DNA of 64,000 nt from the human T2T-CHM13v2.0 reference genome, Homo sapiens. The stretch lies in NCBI RefSeq assembly GCF_009914755.1, contig NC_060932.1; one strand, 5' to 3'. The translations under genes were made by a program, and so were the position numbers. The number at the start of each line of letters is the position of its first letter. The stretch's first letter is position 1. The notes under the pieces were generated by a model. It saw only the letters and a list, made by a program, of their open reading frames with translations, was not told where the DNA came from and searched no databases. Positions 26,101 to 41,644 of this stretch are shown in pieces.

Positions 26101-26893
26101 AGGTTATGTAAACATTGTGACAAAAACATATGGTTTAAAATGATGATATCTGCTGATAGAAAATACAGGCAGAGAAAATAAACACTTGGATAGAAAACAA
26201 CAGACTTAAAAATTGTAACCCCTTTTTTGGCTGCTAAAATATTTTTTAAGAATGGCGATCATACAGAGTTCTCAATCCTAATTATATTTCTTTAATGCTT
26301 TGTGAGTTTTATGCTGTTAAATTAATGCTATATTTTATTCAGTAAACAAAACTGATATTAAGCAAGCCTTTGTAAGATCAATGTTCCTTGTAGGAAATTT
26401 AGAAAATTGCTGAAAATCTTAAGAAAATTAAAAATTTGTAACCTCATAAGTATCCCTTGTAAATTGCAGCAATTTTTCTTTCTAGCTCCTCATATATACT
26501 TGAATATTTTTGGAAGTTGATAACTACTAATTTCTCATCATTATAAATATATATTTTTGAATTATCCTTGTTGATAATGAAAAGTTTTCTTTTATCTCTA
26601 CCCTGAGTATTGTAAAGCATTAGGATTCTGGTACCTGGAAGTAAGCTGAGGACAGATAGAGATCTGCAAGTTACTGACATGTAGTTGACATTTGAAATCA
26701 TAACAATAGATGGATGTTTCCCAGGGATAATATGTAGAGAGATAAAAGAAGAAGGCCAAAAAGAGATGCTGAGGAGATAACAACACCTAATAAGCTAGTG
26801 AAAGGGGAGACATCTTCCATGACCACCAAGACAAAGGGCCTGGAAACAGGAGAAAAATGTAGACGTGGTTTCTAAATAAGGGAGAAGTAAGTA

Positions 26894-27258
26894 CAGATGC
26901 TCCTCGACTTATGATGGGGCTACATCATGATTAACTCAACATAACTTGAAAATATTATAAGTTGAAGATGCATTTAATACACCTAAACTGCTGAACATCA
27001 TCACTTAGCCTAGCCTATGTTAAACGTGCTCAGATTTACATCAACCTACATTTGGGCAAAATCATCTAATACAATGCCAATTTTATACTTAAGTGTTGAC
27101 TATTTCATGTAATTTACTGAATACTGTACTGAAAGTGAAAAACAGAATGGTGGTATGGCACTCACCAAAGTACAGTTTCTACTGAATACGTATCACTTTC
27201 TTACCATAATAAAGTCAAAAAATCTTAAGTTGTACCATCCTATGTCAGCGACTATCTG
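26894..27258 (+). mobile_element. Tigger4 (Zombi) non-autonomous DNA transposon within L2-like remnants
   Basis: Starts 'cagatgctcctcgacttatgatgggg', ends 'gactatctg', TA on both sides. Confidence 0.8.
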
Positions 27259-28096
27259 TAATGAATGACAAAGACTCAAAAGTATCAAATGCTACAGAGA
27301 AATCAATTAATATAGAGACCATAAAGTAATATTGATTGCACTCAGAAAGTAGGCATTTATCATTAATCTTGTCAAGGAAATTTTTGCTAGAGTTGGAGAG
27401 ACTCAGGGATGGGCGTGAAGTTAAAAACTATAACTGAATATGAGACGAGAAAATTAAGAAGGCCAACGGACCTGACTTGAAATAGAGAGGAGGACCTAGA
27501 AACGGCTGGAAGTTATTTGTGATAGATGACACTGCCATTGGTAAATCAATCAATATTTTTAACCAGACTATTATGAATGCCAGGCAATTCAGCATACATA
27601 ATCATCATCCTATTCAAACTAACAAAAGACCAAAGACATAAATAGAAACAATTGTTACATAAATAATTTGTATTTTCCATATACTACGTATTTAAATTTC
27701 AACTAATACAACATTCTGAATATTTTCTGATTAGGAAATTTTAGTCAGTTATCATTGGGCTGATTGTCTAATGATACATGATATTTCATTTTGAAAAAAT
27801 AATTAGCAAAACACACATTTATTTCTTTATCTTTAATAGAATCTACTTTGAATGGAGGAAAACATTCTTTATCTGGTTAGAATTGCTCTATAATTTTGTG
27901 CTCTAGTTTTTGGCAATAATGAAGAAAAGCTTTGTGAAAGCCTATGATTATTGGAGTTTTATGAGGACAAATCACGGCTGATAATTTGAGGCTATCAGGT
28001 CCTTTTCATCTTGATAATTATCAGGTATTTAATATTTTGTGAACATTTCCAAATTAATCATTAATTAGTCCATTTTTGCAAGTCAGGTCAATCCTA

Positions 28097-28660
<564 letters not shown>

Positions 28661-29088
28661 TCAAAGATTAAAATCTTTAAAAAACTGTGAACTTCACATT
28701 GGAAACATTTTTTTTTTAAGCAGCAATAATAGACACCATTGGGCTGGTGCTATATAAACAGACTTTACAGAGTTGAAGAGGGAGAATATTTTGGTTATAA
28801 ACACAATGCCAAGGCAATGAATACAATGCGAAGTGCAGAAGAGGGATTGAAAAGACTTTAGAATTACTAGAGTACTGTTAATGGAGAGTTGGAATGCATA
28901 CAGTATGGTAGAATGCCTCTTAGTGTGGAAAATTTTAACTTTCATCACTGTTAAAGAAAGCCAAAAAACTCAAAAACAACCTAAGTGATTTTAAAATCTG
29001 CGGTTATTTTCTTTCTTTCTTTTCTTATTCCTCTACTTAAGGTTAACACCCAAGTCCTTAGGTGCCAAGATCAATAAATCCCTTTCCA

Positions 29089-29395
29089 GGCCGGGCACGG
29101 TGGATCACACCTGTAATCCCAGCACTTTGGGATGCCAAGGCAGGCTGATCACCTGAGGTCAGGAGTTCAAGACCAGCCTGGCCAACATGATGAAATCCCA
29201 TCTCTACCAAAAATTCAAAAAAATTAGATGGATGTGGTGGCAGGTGCCTGTAATCCCAGCTACTCGGCAGGCTGAGGCAGGAGAATCGATTGAACCCGGG
29301 AGATGGAGGTTGCAGTGAGCCAAGATCTCCCACTGCACTCCAGCCTGGGCAACAGAGTGAAACTCCATTTCAAAAATAAAATAAAATAAAATAAA
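29089..29395 (+). mobile_element. AluS
   Basis: Complete dimer; TSD aataaatccctttcca/aataaatccccttcta. Confidence 0.95.
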
Positions 29396-29568
29396 AATAA
29401 ATCCCCTTCTAGGTTTTCATATTAATTACTCTGCTTTTCAATACTTTCTTTACTATTGGAGCACAAATTGTTTTTTCTTGTATACTTGATTGTACCCCTA
29501 AACAATTGAAAAAGATGTACTTCTTCTGGGATTATTAGTTGTACCTAGGGGATAGTTTTCAGGTTTTA

Positions 29569-29658
29569 TTTGATTGGTGCAAAAGTAATTGTGGCTTTTG
29601 CTGTAATTATTTTCTGCAAGTAATGGCAAGAACCACAATTACTTTTGCAGCAACCTAA
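29569..29658. mobile_element. MADE1 (Hsmar1-derived MITE), palindromic
   Basis: 'ttggtgcaaaagtaattgtgg...ccacaattacttttgcagcaacctaa' with TA flanks. Confidence 0.9.
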
Positions 29659-30359
29659 TATTAATCTGCCATATTACTGTAACCAGAAGACAGTGAGTGT
29701 TTTCAAGTATGATAAGCATAATTTTATAATCACTTAAGTACCATGCTCAATTCTATTTTTAATACTTCGTTATTTCAATTGTTTAGTTTTGAAAATTTAG
29801 AATATTTTCAATCTTTAGCTATTATGAAAAAGGCCATAATGAACATCTTCAAATATGCAAACTACTGAGAATATTTCCTGTATGGAAACTGAGACTACCT
29901 AGTAACCAACCTGAAAGTATGGTTTTCTTCTCATGGAAATAGATGCAATTCGCAGGTGTTACCATTGTTCTTAGAGGAAGTATGCCAGGATCTGTGTATC
30001 ATTTTTCAAATAATAGTTTACATAATTGCAATGAGAGAGTAGAACTCATCGCAATTATGAATCATCTTTGCTTGACTTACTGATGTATGTGTACTCATCT
30101 ATTTTGCTTATACAAAATAGGAAAATTTTTGTTTCTTACTGTCTTAAATAAGTTATTTTTTTCAAATTTTCAAGTTGTGGTCAGAAGTCATAAATTTTAC
30201 TTATTCACAAAGTAAAAAAATAAAGAAAAAATATAGATTCCCACCTTCATACCTCTGGGAATTGACACATGGCTATTCATACAGGGACTAAGCATCAGGC
30301 CTTGACAGCCATCCTTACTGATTGCCACCATTATGATCAAGAGGTAGCTTAATCTTCAG

Positions 30360-31041
30360 CAGGGGTTCACAGCTATAGCTGTGGGCCAATCCCAACCTAC
30401 TTTTTGTTTTTGTAGGACTCCTGAGTTAAGAATAATTCTTAAATTTTTCAGGATTGAAAGAAATCCAAAGAACAATAATATTTCATGAAATAAGAAAATG
30501 AGACTATTCTTCTAAGTGAAGTAACTCAGAAATGGAAAACCAAACATCATATGTTCTCATTCATAATTGGGAGCTAAGCTATGAGGACGCAAAGGCATAA
30601 GAATGATATAATGGACTTTGGGTTCTTGGGTGAAAGGGTGGGAGGGAGGTGAGGAATAAAAGACTACACATTGGGCACAGTGTACGCTGCTTGGGTGATG
30701 GGTGCACCAAAATCTCAGAAATCACCATTAAAGAACTTTATTCATGTAACCAAACACCACCTATTTCACAGAAACCTAATGAAATAAAAGATAAATTTAA
30801 AAATAAATAAATTAATAAAAGCCAATAAAATAATAAAAAAGAAAATCATATGATATTCAAATTTCAGAGTCCATAAATAAAGTGTTATTGGAACACAGCC
30901 ACACTTATTTATTTTCATATGCCTATGGCTGCTTTTTCACCATTGAGTAGCTGCCACAGGGACCTACTGGCCTGCAAAGCTGAAGAGGTTTACTATTTAC
31001 TAAAAAGTTAGACCGTTTACTAAAAAGTGTGCTGACCACTG
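30360..31041 (+). mobile_element. MER58-type hAT-Charlie element split by an L1PB insertion
   Basis: Start 'caggggt'; 'aaataaagtgttattggaacacagccac'; end 'tttactaaaaagtgtgctgaccactg'. Confidence 0.7.
30500..30838 (+). mobile_element. Short 5'-truncated L1PB 3' end
   Basis: 'gctaagctatgaggacgcaaaggcataagaatgata'; A-rich tail; TSD-like aagaaaatga/aagaaaatca. Confidence 0.85.
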
Positions 31042-31620
31042 TTCTACTTGAACTGTGGGTCCTGTTAATATTCATGTCCTTGAAGTCTCCGACTATGAGG
31101 AAGTTGTAGGAATAGAAAGATTAATACCTTGCATGATTACTATCAGGATGTGAAGTGTAAGTGAAACCCTTTATTTAACTGACCTCAGTTTCTCCCTACA
31201 GTCATGTGGGTTTTAATCTGTTGTGATCACAAAAATTAAAATGCAGGATAGCACTGAAGATAAACCGGAAAAATGGCATGTACTAAAAATATATCCTCGA
31301 GCTAATTTGATAATTTCCTTAACCTAATTTTATGCACACATGTAAGGTATTAAAACATATTGTGCCATTCTTATTTGTAAAAATAGGGTCAATGTTCATA
31401 CCCAATTGAAAAGTTTAAAAAGTACTATTTTCCCATACCCATGGCAAAATGCTTGTGTTTGCATCTGTGTCTCTGTGTGTGTATTATATACATATATTTA
31501 TGTGTGTGTATATATTCTTATGTGTGTATATATAAAATATACATTCTAATTTGAAAGTTGAAAAGCTTTGTCATGTGGCTCAATTCCACTTCTTATGTAT
31601 GTGTTCATCTACATTACTTC

Positions 31621-33244
31621 TTTTTTTTTTAAATTTTACTTTAAGTTCTGGGATACACGTGCAGAATGTGCAGGTTTGTTACATAGGTATATATGTGCCA
31701 TGGTGGTTTACTGCACCTATCAACGCATCATCTAGGTTTTAAGCCCCACATGCATTAGGTATTTGTCCTATTGCTCTCCCTTCTCTTGCCCCCTAGCCCC
31801 CAACAGGCCCCAGTGTGTGATGTTCCCCTCCCTGTGTCCATGTGTTCTCATTGTTCAACTTCCACTTATAAGTGAGAACATGCAATGTTTGGTTTTCTGC
31901 TCCTGTGTTAGTTTGCTGAGAATGATGGCTCCCAGCTTCATCCATGTCCCTGTAAAGTACATGAACTCATTCTTTTTTATGGCTGCATAGTATTCCATAG
32001 TGTATATGTGCCACATTTTCTTTATCCAGTCTATCATTGACGGGCATTTGGGTTGGTTCCAACTCTCTGCTATTGTAAATAGTGCTGCAGTAAACATACG
32101 TGTGCATGTGTCTTTATAGTAGAATGATTTATAATCATAATGGGATTGCTTGGCGAAATGGTATTTCTGGTTCTAGATCCTTGAGGAATTTCCACACTGT
32201 CTTCCACAATGGTTAAACTAATTTACACTCCCACTAACAGTGTAAAAGCATTCCTATTTCTCCACAGCCTTGCCAGCATCTGACTTTTTAATAATCGCCA
32301 TTCTAACTGGCGTGAGATGGTATCTCATTGTGGTTTTGATTTGCATTTCTCTAATGACCAGTGATGATGAGCTTTTTTTCTGCCAGGTTTGTTGGAGATC
32401 AGATGGTTGTAGATGTGTGGTATTATTTCTGAGCCCTCTGTTCTGTTCCATTGGTCTATATATCTGTTTTTGTACCAGGACTTTGCTGTTTTAGTTACTG
32501 TAGCCTTGTAGTATAGTTCAAAGTCAGGTAGCATGATGCCTCCAGCTTTGTTCTTTTTGCTTAGGATTGTCTTGGCTATTTGGGCTCTTTTTTGGTTCCA
32601 TATGAAATTGAAAGTAGTTTTTTTCTAATTCTGCAAAGAAAGTCAATGGTAGTTTGATGGGAATAGCATTGAATCTATAGATAATTTTGGGCAGCATTGC
32701 CATTTTCACGCTACTGATTCTTCGTATCCATGAGCATGGAATTTTTTTCCATTTGTTTATGTCCTCTCTTATTTTCTTGAGCAGTGTTTTGTAGTTCTCC
32801 TTGAAGAGGTCCTTCGTGTCCCTTGTAAGTTGTATTCTTAGGTATTTTATTCTTTTTGTAGCAATTGTGAATGAGAGTTCATTCATGATTTGGCTCTCTG
32901 TTTGTCTATTGTTGATGTATAGGAAAGCTTGTGATTTTTGCACATTGATTTTGTATCCTGAAACTTTACTGAAGTTGCTTATCAGCTTAAGGAGTTTTTG
33001 GGCTAAGACAATGGGGATTTCTAAATATACAATAATTTCATCTGCAGAGAAAATTTGACTTCCTTTCTTTTTATTTGAACACAGTTTATTTCTTTCTCTT
33101 GCCTGATTGCCCTGGCCAGAACTTCCAATACTGTGTTGAATAGGAGTGGTGAGGGAGGGCATTCTTGCCTTGTGCCAGTTTACAAAGGGAATGCTTCCAG
33201 CTTTTGCTCATTCAGTATGATATTGTCTATGGGTTTGTCATAAA
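31621..33244 (-). mobile_element. 5'-truncated L1 (about L1PA8) with internal deletions
   Basis: T-tail at 31621; 3'UTR 'tctaggttttaagccccacatgcattagg'; ORF2 peptides on minus strand; TSD tacattacttct/tacattgcttct. Confidence 0.92.
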
Positions 33245-36200
33245 TACATTGCTTCTATAAGTGTTTCTTCAATTTTATATATTAATTTTGACTACCCAGT
33301 TTAATCAATATTTTTATTATTACAAAAATCTCTTAAACATGGTAGAGGTAAATCTGTTATATCAAAGTCTGAAATTATTTACTCTTAAGCTTAAGTACCA
33401 CAACAGGGCAACATTCTCTGTCCACTGATATTTAATAGAAATTTATCCATGCTAGTTCAGGTTGGATTTTAAGTTAGATGGGTTTGTGCTTTGTATTCTG
33501 ACTTATTTTAATGACAATATATTCCACACTACCATTGAGTTCTTCTATGCCCTATCTCAAAAGTACTATTTTTTTACTGAATATTCATCTACTTGATTCC
33601 TAACATTGTATATAAAAATATATATATTTTTTATTTCACTGATTAGCATTTGAAGCATGTATTCTCTTCTCCTTTCCTTGGGTTGCCCCTAGTTTCATCC
33701 ATACTTCTTCAGTAACCAGTTGAAGAGAGCCATGTTATAAAAAACTTCCCTTGGAACAAGTGAGAAATTTACCATTTTAGTCTAGTGATTTAGACACTTA
33801 AAAGGGTCTGAACGTGAGGCAGAGGTAGATGTTTTTTGCAAAACTTTCTCTGAGTATTCCTCAAATTATGGTCCAATTTTATTAGAATCCATTGAAATTG
33901 CAATCTTTGAGGGTTGGTTCCAGCAATCTTCATTTTCAATAAGAAATACAAATAATTCTTTTGCACACTAATATTTGAGCGTCAATGTAATCAATATTTT
34001 CCTTACTATCATATATAATAATATATCGTTTATATTTATATAGTGAATTTGCTACCATTAAGGAATGATTCTGTATAACATTTGCTTATGTATTGCTGCA
34101 GAAATGTAAACGTAGTTCCATATTTTTTGCATAACCATGTTGTAAATCAACAATGTCAAATATAATTCTTCAGAGTGTGTAGGTTCTAGGGAGATGCCCG
34201 ATGGACAACTACCAGGAAGAGAGGAAAGAGGACAGAGGGGAAGGCTCACAGCTAGTATCCCACATCCTTTGGCCCTTAAAGCAATTCTGTTCTGATTCAT
34301 TTTATACATTTAGATACTTCTTTTATGTTTTATATTCCATATAAGAATTCTTTGGGATACAGTGTTCTGCTGTTAGAGGGAAAAAGTTTGAAAAGCACTA
34401 GAAAGCCACCATTTTACTTTTAAATCTATGAATGTTATTCTTTCAGAAGACAAAAATGTGTTCATTGCTTTGAATTGGTTGGCACTACTAAAATCTACCT
34501 GGGCAGAAGCACACCATTACATTTGATATTTCAAGCCATGTTTAGTTCAGTCGGTAGTTTTCACATTTCTGCATCAGACAAGTGCTTTGAAATCACCATG
34601 GCAATCACAACTGCCTAGATATGTGTCTGATGATTAGTAGTGTGTCAGGATCTTCAGAGATGCTTTCCCATATATTATTAAAATTGCAGATGCAGATTCT
34701 GTCTCTGTAGATTTTCTATATATTTTTGTTTTTTAAAATTACAGTATTTTTTTACTGCTGCAAGATAGTATTTTGTTAAAAATTTTAGAAAAATTATAAG
34801 CTAATTTTACCACACAGAAGTAAGGGTTCTATACCTTTCGCTATTTGTATGAATATACAGTTTTTTACTGTGTGTACATTCACTTTATAAAATATATTTC
34901 ACGTATTTCCCAATATATTTCATTAAAAATGAAGAATACATTTTCAAAACCCATATTGTATAAAAGGTACTTTATTTATATATACTTTAAATAGATATAC
35001 CATTATCACCAAAAATGTCATCATGTCTCTTTTAAGACATACTTTTTCATTTAGCAAAAATATCTTTCTATATCAATCAAGTTTGATTTAGCATATTATT
35101 TTCACAGGCTGCATTATTGTCCATCATATTGATGTACCTCAATTTATTTAGGTGTTTACATCTTATTTGAAATTCAGATTGTCCCCATTGCTTGCTTCAC
35201 TATTATAAAGACTAATTTGATACACATACATTTTATGTATGTTTAAAAATATTATATTAAACACAGTTGTGAGAGTACAATTATATGATTAAAACATATG
35301 CATATATTTTATTTTTTCAGAATACCTTGTTAATTGCATCCCAGATAGGTTATCCCAATTTGCACTCTCACCAATGATTAATAATATTGAAGGTAGGCTT
35401 GGATTCCAATTGAAAAGGGATAATAATAACAAAATTATTGTTTAAAACATTTTTGTGTTTTGTTGACAAACTGTCCAGAATTTGGTAAAAAAAAATTCAT
35501 TGGTTTAAGGAGCTATTGCCCTTAAATAGCACCCATTAGAAAAATAATCATTTTAAAGATTAAATTATAATATTTGAGAGAAAGATAATTCCGGTAAAAA
35601 CTACCCTAATAGATATAGAGTGACTTTTTAATACAAAATTTCAATATATTTTATAGTATTTAAGTAATATCACTTTCTTTTTTTTTGCTGTGCTTTGTTA
35701 CCTGCAATACAGAACGGCATTAGTATTAATTGGATTTCAACCTCATTGCTAATCAAAAAATATAAATGGAAAAGCATTGTAGTAGATATTGGTAGAAAAA
35801 AAGTCATTTAGAAAAATAATTTCTTTCTACCACTTAATTACCTCTCCCTTTTAATAATTCTAGCATGAAAACACTTGTAAATGTGGAGTTATGCCTTTTA
35901 AAATTCAAGTTGGTAAACTACGTTATTGTAGTAAGAATCTTTGAGCTCTCTTGTTGCTAATTAGACAAGCTATTAAGGTAATTCTCTGAAGGGAGCAAAG
36001 GTATTTTTATAGGTCTTGACCTAAATATGTGGAAAATATCCTAGAGCAGGTATCCTTAGAATTGTAATTCTAAATAGGTTTTCTACATAGGTGTCAGTAT
36101 GCTAGAATTTTCATCAATGAAGATTTGTCATTTCCTCTTAAGTGTGCCTTCACTTTTATAAGCAAACAGCATTAAATCAGGTACACTGTTGTAGCTGGTT

Positions 36201-36680
36201 TCACTTTTGCCTAGTTGTTTATTATCTTTAGGTCATGGTGAATATATAAAGGACATTTTATATAACAAATATGATATATTAACTATTCATCAGATAAGAA
36301 CAATTTGTATTAGTTACATGTAAAAAGTTCTTATATAATAGTTTTAATAAGTCTGAAGCAAAAATATTTTAATGATAAAGAAAATTGTCTTTACATTTTT
36401 GCAAGGCCATTCCTTTGTTCTATCATCAAGCGTATGATCTAAAATAAAATTGCCCAACTGATTTAGGAAAGAGACTAGGATAGAAATTAGAAATAATGAA
36501 TTATGTTTTCATCACTGTAATATGTTGTATTTCACAAATTTTGAAAAGCAAGAGGAGGGTCTTCAATTGTGAGAAAATATAATTAACCACGCTGTGTACC
36601 TCATTACAAATAGTGATGAGGACACACACACACACACACAGACACACACACACACATCTATATATATTTGTCATGGTATG

Positions 36681-36763
36681 TAGAAGCATGTATATCAGGA
36701 TTCTGGAATGGGCCTGCTTGTTTAGTGTTGGTCCATTCCAGAATCCTGATATACATGCTTCTA
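36681..36763. repeat. Perfect 31-bp inverted repeat with 21-nt spacer
   Basis: tagaagcatgtatatcaggattctggaatgg (36681-36711) and its exact reverse complement (36733-36763). Confidence 0.97.
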
Positions 36764-38018
36764 AATACTTGTGAATGGTCTCTCATAATTACATAAAAGT
36801 AAGTTGAAAAGCACGAAGTTTCCCAGAATAAGAGCACAGTAACCTAGGTTTGTGTGTATGAGGGCAAACGTGCATGTGTGTCAGTCTGTGTGTGTGTTTC
36901 AGTTGCTTAGTACAAGCTTTGTCACTCCTTGATATAGTTACAAGGAGGAATATACACATTTGTGAGGGTGGAAACCAGTCCTATCACCTCATTTTTATGG
37001 GAGATCTATTGGGATGGATCAGAGCAGAAAAGAATAACAATGAGTCCCTTGAAATAAAATAAGTCCCAGAGATCCAGAAAAGGGCATAAAAGCCCAGGAA
37101 TGTGTGTGTATGGGGAGGGATGGTATGATGATCATGGTAGGCTTTTTGATTCATGGCAAGTGACAGATAATGAAAATGCCATCTGGGTTTAGCCATTTTA
37201 GTATAGAGTGCACTCTTTGGAAAAAAATAATTAAATTTATTGAGGAAGGGCTGAAAGAGTGATAAACCACAAGACAAGTGTAAGACATCTGAGTTACTTC
37301 TGAGGATGAGTCTTCAGAAGGAATTTCACGTGGCAGTGAGAATCAGTGTCTATATTTAACTGAAGAGTTTGTGGTACACTCACAGGAGAACTGAGTTCCT
37401 CGGACTGGGTTTCTTAAATTATTGAAAGAGATGGAGAAGCCATCTCTTGTATTAGTAAAGTTGATTACACTAATTTTATAGAAAACTATACATGAAAATT
37501 TTAATTAGTAGGTGCTGGGTTAACAACAGTTGCTAAATAAAAGTTATCATATAATACCATGTAATAGCATCACTTGGGAAATAATGAGAGATCTGACATT
37601 TAGGATCTGTCAGCAAATCTGGCAAGTCTCTTTTTATCTGCGTCCTTGCCACATAAAGTCAATATCTGCATGTGTTTCAGGGTTAAACAAGTTAATTTCT
37701 TGAAGCAGGAATTTTGTGAGAATAGACATATTTATCATTGCTTATGGGTCTCATTTCACTGAGATATTCGATAACATCATTTTAAAAAGGTGCATCCTTT
37801 TAGTTATATGGCCATTCTTACAATGACACTCCACACTATTCTCTTGTTAATTGTAGAAAAAAATAGAAGACACATTTGAGTCTTTAAGTAACATAAAGTG
37901 AATAAACAACAGGGCAAAAAAGTGCCATATCTTTGAAATTGTTCTTAAAATTTAGTTTTATTTTAAAATTCAGAAACAATTTTCTGTATCCAAAGGCAAA
38001 TGGTGTAGGTGTCCATTA

Positions 38019-38346
<328 letters not shown>

Positions 38347-39276
38347 ACAAACATGAAAACAAGAGAAACACACAGAGTGACACCAACAAAATGACAAAAT
38401 AAAGTTTTCCCAGAACTCAACCCCTCACAGAAACATCAAGTTGAATAAACATTGATGCATGAGAATAACTTCATAAGTGCCAGGGAATCCAGATGACAGA
38501 TGGCAACACATATGGCGATCACAGAATAAGAAAAGACTCACTGAAGATGGTAGGAAGGGCAGATTCACATTACCCATGTCATCTTTTCCCCAAGCCCATG
38601 AAACACAGTGAGAAGACAGATAGCCTATGTGTGAGAAAAAGAAAATAAAATGAGCACCCAACTTTGCCACAGACTCTAGGACCAGGCCTACCCCAGTGTA
38701 CCCTCGTGCCAGGCTGGTATTTGCAGACCCAGGCTGTAAGCCTTACCCCTGTGTACTCAGGCTCTAGGCCTACCCCATATCCTCAGGCTCCATGTCCACT
38801 TCAGCACCAGGCAAGCTCCATGATTCAGGGTCCTGGCCACCCAGTAAAAACCCAACCCTTTTAACCCCAGGCTTCAGGCCATCCCTTAAAGACCCAAGTT
38901 CTAGGTTTGTAGCTGCATGAGGCAAGCCTAGGCACCAGGTAACAGGCCAATCCCTGCAGACACAGTTCCAGGACCACCCCAGCACCAGGCCTGCCTGCTC
39001 AATGGCCCAGGCATCAGGCCCACCCAACAGAAAACTTCAGCAGTAAGCCCACTTGCAGATCCTGCCAGTCAGACAGCCCAAGTAATCTCTGGGCAGGCTG
39101 CTTGGTGAATGGCTTTCCCTGCCAAAGACATAGATGATTTAAAAGCAGAAAGAAAAAATGACTCATCACCTGCAAGGGAAATCCCATAAGACTGTCAGTA
39201 AGTTCCTCAGCAGAAACCTGGTAGGCCAGGAGAGAGTAGGATTATGCAATTAAAATATTGAAAGAAAGAAACTGTC

Positions 39277-39633
<357 letters not shown>

Positions 39634-41358
39634 TTATTGTACCAGGAAAACTGCCATTGAGAAATGAAGAGGACATAAAGACTCTCCTAGACAAAAACTA
39701 AAAGAATTCAACATCACTAGACCTGCCTTACAAGAAATGCTAAAAGGAGTTCTTCAAGTTGAAATGAAAAGAAACTAATTAACAACTTGATATCTTATGA
39801 AAGTATAAAACTCACTGCAAAAGTATGAATACAGCCAAATTCAGAATACTGTAATACTGTAATGGTGGTTTGTAAATCACATTTAATTCTATTATAAAAG
39901 CCTTAAACATATTAAAAATCACTAAAGATACAATAATTTGTTAATGGATACATGATATAAAAAGACTTAAATAATGGCATCAATAACACAAAGTGTGGCG
40001 GGAAGAGGAGTTAAAATGTGGAGTTTCTGTATGTAATCAAACTTATCAGCTTAAAAGAGATTATTATGACTATAATAAGTTTTATGTAAGAGTCATAATA
40101 ATGACAAAGAAAAAATTCCTGTAATGGATACACAAAAAAACAGAAGAACAAAGCATACTACTACAAAAATTATCAAATAACAAAGGAAGACAATAAGAGA
40201 CAAAGGATGGAACAAAGGAACTATAAAACAAAAACCAATTAACAAAAATGGCAATAGTAAGTTATTCCTAACAATTCATGTAATGTGAATGGATAATATT
40301 CTCCAATTAAAAGACATAGAATGTTGAATGGATAAAAATACAAGATCAAATTATATGCTGCCTACAAGAGATTCATTTTAGCTTTAAGGACATATATAGG
40401 TTTTAAGTAAAGAGTAGAAACAAGATATTTCATGCAAATGGTAACCAGAAGAGAGAATGAGGTGGCTACACTTTTCTAAGACAAAATAGATGCTGTGTCA
40501 AAAACTGTCAAAAGAGACAAACAAGGTCATAATATAATAATAAGGGATCAATTTATTGTGAAGCTATAACAATTATAAATATATTTGCACCCAATATTGG
40601 AGAACCTATGTATATAATACAAATGCTAACAGACCTAAAAAAGGGAAACAGAGAGCAATGCAATAATAGTAAAAATTTTATAGCCCACCTTCACAATGAG
40701 TAGATCATCCAGAAAAAAATCACAGAGAAACTGTGGACTTGAACAATAGTTGGCCTAATGAACATAATAGATATACATAACTTTTCATCAATAGTAGCAT
40801 AATACATATTCTTTTCATGAGCACATAAAAATATTTTCAAGGATAGATAATATGTTATGCCACAAAACAAGTCTTAATAAATTAAAAAAAAATGGAAGTT
40901 ATATCAAATGTCTTTTCTGGCAACAATGGCATGAAATCAGAAAATTCACAAATATATGAAAATCAAACAATACACTACTGAACAACTAATGGGACAAAGA
41001 ATAAATCAAAAAAGAAAACAAAAAGTTTATTAACACAAATAGAAATGGAAACACAGCATATACTGAAACTGATAGGATGTAGCAAAAATAGTTCCATGAG
41101 GGACGTTTGTAACAATAAATGCCTGCATCAAGAAAAAACTCTCAAATAAATGACCTAACTGTATATCTCAAGGAACTAGAAAAAGAAGAGCAAACAAAGG
41201 CCAAAGTTAGTAGATGGAAAGAAATAATAAAGATAAGGAGACTTAAAAAATAAAAACAGTTTAAAAAACTAACAATTGGTTTTTTGAAAAGATAAACAAA
41301 ATAGAAAAACCTTTATTTACCTGGAAAATGAAAGAAAATTCAAATAAATAAAATTATT

Positions 41359-41644
41359 GGCCAGGTTCAGTGGCTCATGCCTGTAATCTCAGCCCTTTCG
41401 GAGGTCGAGGTGAGCACATCACTTGAGGTCAGGACTTTGAGGCCAGCCTGGCCAACATGATGAAACCCTGTCTCTATTAAGAATACAAAAATTTATCAGA
41501 CATGGTGGTGCATGCCTGTAATCCCAACCACTTGGGAGGCTGAGGCACAAGAATTGCTTGAACTCAGGAGGCAGATGTTGCAGTGAGCCGAGAGTGCACC
41601 AATGCACTACAGCCTGGGTGGCAGAGGGAGACTCTGTCTCAAAA
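41359..41644 (+). mobile_element. AluS nested in L1MA, almost tail-less
   Basis: Complete dimer ending 'ctgtctcaaaa'; no TSD seen. Confidence 0.92.

Noticed and set aside
33300-37900. Repeat-poor stretches as exons or enhancers (e.g. RFX-like 'ccatggcaa' near 34596; also 52-57.8 kb)
   Set aside because: No recognisable coding homology or convincing splice structure; short motifs cannot be supported without conservation or chromatin data.
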